64,000 bases of DNA from an uncultured Gemmatimonadales bacterium (GTDB lineage: Bacteria > Gemmatimonadota > Gemmatimonadetes > Longimicrobiales > Longimicrobiaceae). Numbering within the stretch: the stretch's first letter is position 1; each line of letters starts with the position of its first letter. This document shows positions 56,964 through 64,000 of the stretch, piece after piece. The position numbers and the translations under genes were made by a program. Location: positions 736,001 through 800,000 of the forward strand of contig OY970303.1 of assembly GCA_963716255.1 (NCBI GenBank), given 5' to 3'. The notes under the pieces are model-generated. The model was not told where the DNA came from, did no database searches, and saw nothing but the letters and a program-made list of their open reading frames with translations.

Positions 56964-57568
56964 GCGCGGCGCCGGCCCGCGCCTGGCGGGTGTTCCCGTG
57001 GGACCCGGGGGCCGCGGCGGGCGAGCGCTTCTCCCCCTCGTACGTGCCGCCGGCCCAGGGCAAGGGACGCTTCGACCTCCCCGGGGTTCCCGGCGGCGTG
57101 CTGTACCTGGCCGAAACGCCGGAGCACGCGGTGGCCGAGCTGGTGCAGCAGTACCGGGGGCAGTCGCTGGACGACGCGGAGCTGGTCGCCGGCGGCCGGC
57201 GCCTGGCGCTGGTGGCCGCCGCCCTGCCGGACCCGCTGCGCGGGAGCGTGCTCGACCTGTGCGACGCCGCGGAGCTCGTCCGGCTGGGCGTGCGGCCGGA
57301 CGAGACCGCTTCCCGCGACCGGGGCGCCACGCAGCGGATCGGCGCCGGGGTCCACGCCGCCGGGCACGCCGGGCTGCGCTGGTGGTCGGCGTTTTCCGGC
57401 GACTGGCACACCCTGCTTCTCTTCCGCGACCGCATGGGCGAGCCGCTGGCGTTCGGCACGCCGGAGGCCCTGACGCTCGACCACCCCGCCCTGCGGGAGG
57501 CCGCGCGGGAGCTGGGGATCGGCATCACGGCGGTGCGCCGCGCACGCGCCCGCGCCCCGGCGCGCTGA
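56960..57568 (+). CDS. RES-domain toxin
   Basis: GTGA overlap with the antitoxin; conserved R (AWRV), GRFD, LYLAE...AVAE (E) and GLRWWS (S). Confidence 0.88.
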   Translation: MSAAPARAWRVFPWDPGAAAGERFSPSYVPPAQGKGRFDLPGVPGGVLYLAETPEHAVAELVQQYRGQSLDDAELVAGGRRLALVAAALPDPLRGSVLDLCDAAELVRLGVRPDETASRDRGATQRIGAGVHAAGHAGLRWWSAFSGDWHTLLLFRDRMGEPLAFGTPEALTLDHPALREAARELGIGITAVRRARARAPAR

Positions 57569-57704
57569 CGCGGGACGGCGGCGTCACCCCGAGGGGAGCC
57601 CCCGGAGGCACGCGCTTCCGGGGGCTCCCCGCGTCCGGCCGCGCCCGCGCAGTACGAATGTTGCAGCCCCCGCCTCCCCTTTTCGTGTCCCCGAGGAGCG
57701 ACGC

Positions 57705-60299
<2,595 letters not shown>

Positions 60300-60339
60300 A
60301 CGGGGTTTTGACGACGGGGACGACAGGGACGACGGGTGC

Positions 60340-60547
60340 GGGCGTGCCCCCGGCTGGCGCCGGGGTCGGGCTTCGGCTCCGTAAGGCAGCAAACAACGCT
60401 GCCTAACGGAGGTGAGGTTTGGCGGAAACAGCCCCGCCGGGTCTCGCCCCTTCGGGCCGAAATCCCTCACGCGACAGGCCCCCTCCCCCGCAAGCGGGAG
60501 AGGGGGAGAACTTCATCGGGGACAACGTGTTTCGCGCTGGCGTCCGC
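60340..60547 (+). repeat. Family-1 element copy G, interrupted by a REP hairpin
   Basis: Consensus 60340-60473, then ~58 bp containing CCCTCCCCCGCAAGCGGGAGAGGG, then the displaced tail TCGCGCTGGCGTCCGC at 60532-60547. Confidence 0.9.
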
Positions 60548-60549
60548 GG

Positions 60550-60604
60550 GGCCCCACCCGGCTCGCTTGAGGCTCGCCACCCTCCCCCAATTCTGGGGGA
60601 GGGC
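60550..60604 (-). repeat. REP/CIR-like double-hairpin repeat
   Basis: Reverse complement of the 2216-2274 type. Confidence 0.8.
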
Positions 60605-60686
60605 TTCCTGACCCTCGCTTCCGACGTGTCGTTCTCCTCCTCTCCCCTCGTGGGAGAGGGGCCGGGGGGTGAGGGGGCCCAGACTC

Positions 60687-60730
60687 GCGGACGCCAGCAC
60701 CCGACCCCGGCGCCAGCCGGGGGCACGCCC
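60687..60730 (-). repeat. Family-1 element, internally deleted copy (head fused to tail)
   Basis: Minus strand GGGCGTGCCCCCGGCTGGCGCCGGGGTCGGG-T-GCTGGCGTCCGC. Confidence 0.85.
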
Positions 60731-60762
60731 AGGCCCGCCGTCCAGAGCTGTTCAAGCCGGTA

Positions 60763-61410
60763 TCAGTAGGCGACGCCGAACCGCCGCCCCACGTGCTGCG
60801 GCTTCTCCAGCTCGTCGACCAGCGCAACCGCGTAGTCCTCGAAGGAGATGGCGCTGTTCCCGTGCTCGTCCGTGAGGAGCTGGTCGAGGGTGGTCCGGTA
60901 CTTCCCGGTGCGCTCCCCCGGCTGGATCACGATCGCCGGGCTCAAAAAGGTCCAGTCCAGCCCCTCCCCCTCCGCACGGTACACGGCGAGCGAGTCGCGC
61001 CCCTCGGTCGCCTCGGCGCGGTACTCGTCCGGGAAGCCGGGAGCGTCCATCAGCGCCACCCCGGGCGCCACCTCCAGGCTCCCCGCCCCGCCCACCACCA
61101 CCAGCCGCTTCACCCCCGCCTCGCGCAGGCCGGCGATCAGGCCGCGCGCCGCCGCGACCAGCGACGGGGCGCTCCCCGTGCTCCCCGGGCGCGGGGACAC
61201 GGCGCTGACCACCGCGTCCGCCCCGCGGACGGCCCGGGCGACGCTCGCCGCGTCGGTGGCGTCGCCCTGCACCAGCCGGACGCGCGGGTCCGGCGCCTGC
61301 GGCTTCGCCGGGTCGCGCACCACGCCCACCACCTCGTGGCCGCGCTCCAGCGCCTCCCGGACGATCCGCTGGCCCACGTGCCCCGTGGCGCCGAAGAGTA
61401 CGATCTTCAT
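60763..61410 (-). CDS. NAD(P)H-binding oxidoreductase (YwnB / flavin reductase-like)
   Basis: GATGHVG, VVGGAGSL, LDWTFLSP and ISFEDYAVALVDELE. Confidence 0.92.
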   Translation of the reverse strand: MKIVLFGATGHVGQRIVREALERGHEVVGVVRDPAKPQAPDPRVRLVQGDATDAASVARAVRGADAVVSAVSPRPGSTGSAPSLVAAARGLIAGLREAGVKRLVVVGGAGSLEVAPGVALMDAPGFPDEYRAEATEGRDSLAVYRAEGEGLDWTFLSPAIVIQPGERTGKYRTTLDQLLTDEHGNSAISFEDYAVALVDELEKPQHVGRRFGVAY

Positions 61411-61523
61411 GATGGCTCCCTTTCCGGTTGCGGGCGGCTCGGGCCGCCCGGGTACGATGCCGGAGCGGACGTCGCCCCGGCATGTGTGTATCCACCGTTG
61501 TCACATACCACACCAAAAAAATT

Positions 61524-61970
61524 TCAGCGGGCTTCCCGCGTCCCCTCCGCCTCCGCGCCGGCGAGGTCCCGCCCCAGCTCGGCGATGGTGGTGCGGTCCA
61601 GCTCCGCCTCCAGCACCCGCTCCGCCGCGTCCAGGCGGCGCTCCAGCACGGCCTGGATGTTCCGTCCCACCGGGCAGGCGGGGTTGGGCCGCTCCCGGTG
61701 CATGGCGAACAATTCCCCACCGCCCTCGCCCACCGCGCGGTACACGTCGCCCAGGGTGATGCGGGACGCGGGGCGCGCCAGGAGCGCGCCGCCGCCCGTG
61801 CCCATCTGCGAGGTGGTGAGCCCCGCCTTCGCCAGCACGCCCAGGAGCCGCCGGACCAGCGAGGGGTTGGTGTTCACGCTCCCCGCGATGAAATCGGACG
61901 TGACCGGCTCCCCCCCGCTCTGCTCGAGCAGGGTGAGGATGTGCGTGGCGACGGCGAAGCGGCTGTTCAT
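61524..61970 (-). CDS. Rrf2-family transcriptional regulator (YwnA-like)
   Basis: MNSRFAVATHIL, TSDFIAGSVNTNP, ITLGDVYRAV and PNPACPVG; in frame with the upstream dehydrogenase with no intervening stop. Confidence 0.9.
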   Translation of the reverse strand: MNSRFAVATHILTLLEQSGGEPVTSDFIAGSVNTNPSLVRRLLGVLAKAGLTTSQMGTGGGALLARPASRITLGDVYRAVGEGGGELFAMHRERPNPACPVGRNIQAVLERRLDAAERVLEAELDRTTIAELGRDLAGAEAEGTREAR

Positions 61971-63381
61971 CCGGCGCAGCGCCGCGCGGGCGGCGTAGTA
62001 GCCGCACATGCCGTGGACGGCGCCGCCCGGCGGGGTGGACGCGGAGCACAGGTACAGCCCTTCCACCGGCGTGGTGTACGGGTTGGCACGGAGCGCGGGG
62101 CGGAAGAAGACCTGCCGCAGCGTCATGGCGCCGGCGCTGATGTCGCCGCCCACCAGGTTGGGGTTGTGGCGCTCCAGCTCCGAGGGGGGCATGACGCTGC
62201 GCGCCAGCACCAGGTCGCGGAAGCCGGGGGCGAAGCGCTCCACCTGGTCCTCGATGGCGCGCGTCATGTCCACTTCGCAGCCGAAGGGGACATGGCAGTA
62301 GGCCCAGGCGATGTGCTTCCCCGAGGGCGCACGCGACGGGTCGTGCAGGGTGGGCTGCACCAGGAGGACGAACGGCCTGTCCGGCACCCTGCCGTTCGAG
62401 CGGCGCCTGCTCCGAGGCGGCGATCTCGTCGAGCGTGCCGCCCAGGTGCACGGTGTGGGCGCGCCGGCACTCCGGGGAGCGCCAGGGGACGGGGCCGCCG
62501 AGCGCCCAGTCCACCTTGAACGACCCGGCCCCGTAGCGGAAGCGCTCCAGCGCGCGGCGGTAGCGCGCGGGGAGGCGGTGCCCGGCCACGCGCAGCACCT
62601 GGCGCGGCGTCAGGTCCAGCAGGATCGTCCGCACGCCGCGCAGCTCGTCCACGCTCTCCACCGGCGCCCCGACCACGATCTCGCCGCCCAGCGAGCGCAG
62701 GTACGAGGCGAGCGCGTCCGCGATCGCCTGCGAGCCGCCCCGCGCCACCGGCCACCCCACCGCGTGTCCCGCCGCCGCCAGCGTCAGCCCGAACGCGGCC
62801 GTGGGCGAGGCGGTGAGCGGCACCATGGAGTGCGCCGCGTTGCCGGCGAAGAGCGCCCGCGCCTCCTCCCCGCGGAAGCTTCCCCTCGCCACCGCGCAGG
62901 CGGAGCGGACGGCGGTCAGCCCGAAGCGCGCCAGCAGCAGCGGGTGGTCGGGGAACGCCAGCGGGCCCAGGATGTCCTCGGCCAGGGCGGGCCAGCGGTC
63001 CACCCAGCGGCCCAGCAGCCGCTCCCAGGCGAGCGCGTCCGGCCCCAGCGTCGCGCCCGTCGCCGCCATGGACCGCTCCAGCATCGCCACGCGCCCGTCG
63101 TCGAAGGGGTGAGCCAGGCACGCGGGCGAGTGCACCCACTCCAGCCCGTGCTCCTCCAGCGGCAGCGTGCGGAAGAACGGCGAGGAGAGCGCCAGCGGGT
63201 GCACCGTGGAGCAGACGTCGTGGCGGAAGCCCGGAAGCGTCAGCGCCTCCGTCCGCATCCCTCCCCCGATCGTGTCGGCCTGCTCCCGCACGACCACGGA
63301 GCGCCCCGCCCGCGCCAGCACGATCGCCGCGGACAGCCCGTTGGGCCCCGAGCCCACCACCACCGCGTCCGGCAGCGCCAT
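61971..63381 (-). pseudogene. Phytoene dehydrogenase-like FAD-dependent oxidoreductase, frameshifted near 62397
   Basis: N-terminal part (VVVGSGPNGL, HDVCS, GGSQAI) in one frame; C-terminal part (RPFVLLVQP, WAYCHVP, CSASTPPGGAVHGMCG) in another; one extra base at CTC-G-AAC-GGC-AGG-GTG. May be a sequencing error. Confidence 0.8.
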
Positions 63382-63600
63382 CCCCCGTCCCCGTCCGGAG
63401 TGTTCGTCCCGCCGCAGCCGGCGCCCTGCCCGTCCGCCGCCGTCGGCGCCCCACCGGCCGCGGGCGGCCTGCACGATGCGCTCCACCGCCCGGCGGAGCG
63501 GGGCCGCGACCCTGGTGTGATTCTCGCACGACACGCGCCGGGCCCGCGCCGCGCCGCGAGCCCCCGGACCGACGGCTCCGTCCCAGCCAGGGAGGTACGA

Positions 63601-64000
63601 ATGCACCCGAAGGGCTTTCACCCGTGGACGTGCGTGCTGCTCCTCGCGCTCCCGGCGTGCAGGATCGTCGACCGCGTGCGCGACGGCGGCGCGCCCGCGG
63701 ACACCGCGGCGGCCCCCGCCTCCACGGAGTCGCTGGTGCTGCGGCTGGAATCGCCCGGCGTGCTCCACCCGGGCGAGGAGGGCACGGTGCGCGTCTCCAT
63801 CGCCAACCACGGCGACTCGGTCCCGCGCGGCGTGGTGCTGGAGCTGTTCGTCCCCGGCTGGCTGGAACCGTCCCCGCCCGCGCCGGGCGGGAGGGAGGTG
63901 ACGGTGGGGGTGACGGAGGAGGAGGGAGTCAGGCTCGCGTACCGGCTGGACGAGCCCCCGCTGCGGCCCGGGAAGACGGAGATCGTGGAACAGCGGCTCC
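63601..64000 (+). CDS. Hypothetical lipoprotein, partial (runs off the window end)
   Basis: GGAGG RBS and ATG at 63601; MHPKGFHPWTCVLLLALPAC lipobox; frame open to the window end. Confidence 0.65.
   Translation, partial: MHPKGFHPWTCVLLLALPACRIVDRVRDGGAPADTAAAPASTESLVLRLESPGVLHPGEEGTVRVSIANHGDSVPRGVVLELFVPGWLEPSPPAPGGREVTVGVTEEEGVRLAYRLDEPPLRPGKTEIVEQRL

Overview
Very GC-rich bacterial chromosomal window (about 70-75% GC by eye). Gene content and style suggest Gemmatimonadota, possibly Longimicrobium-like; this is inference. The housekeeping backbone is recJ (partial), dnaG, mutS2, an mntR-like regulator, yqeY, a DapL-type aminotransferase, lspA, a JAB-DinG helicase, rsmI, trxA, mce, clpB and a dcp-type M3 peptidase. 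Accessory loci: (i) a translationally coupled GNAT / ThiF / membrane protein / YghO-bCerS-like GNAT / Acg-type nitroreductase operon, a candidate small-molecule or lipid biosynthesis cluster; (ii) a 55-aa stand-alone DnaJ-type zinc-finger gene missing from the ORF track; (iii) a RoxA-like di-heme lipoprotein; (iv) a bacterial GRAS-domain protein; (v) a NuiA-NucA pair; (vi) two toxin-antitoxin loci, one decayed; (vii) a PadR-ABC permease block beside an IS5 remnant; (viii) a secreted six-cysteine defensin-like peptide; (ix) a frameshifted phytoene-dehydrogenase-like gene running in frame into an Rrf2 regulator. The most striking non-coding signal is two dispersed 130-155 bp intergenic element families (9 and 4 copies or fragments). 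Their stem sequences change between copies while pairing is kept by compensatory substitutions. They share one hairpin module (GARCC-stem-AWACNRC(C)-stem'-GTYTC), and 11 of 13 are in the same sense as the gene whose 3' end they follow. No rRNA, tRNA or CRISPR array was seen. All annotations come from reading motifs by eye; no database searches were run.
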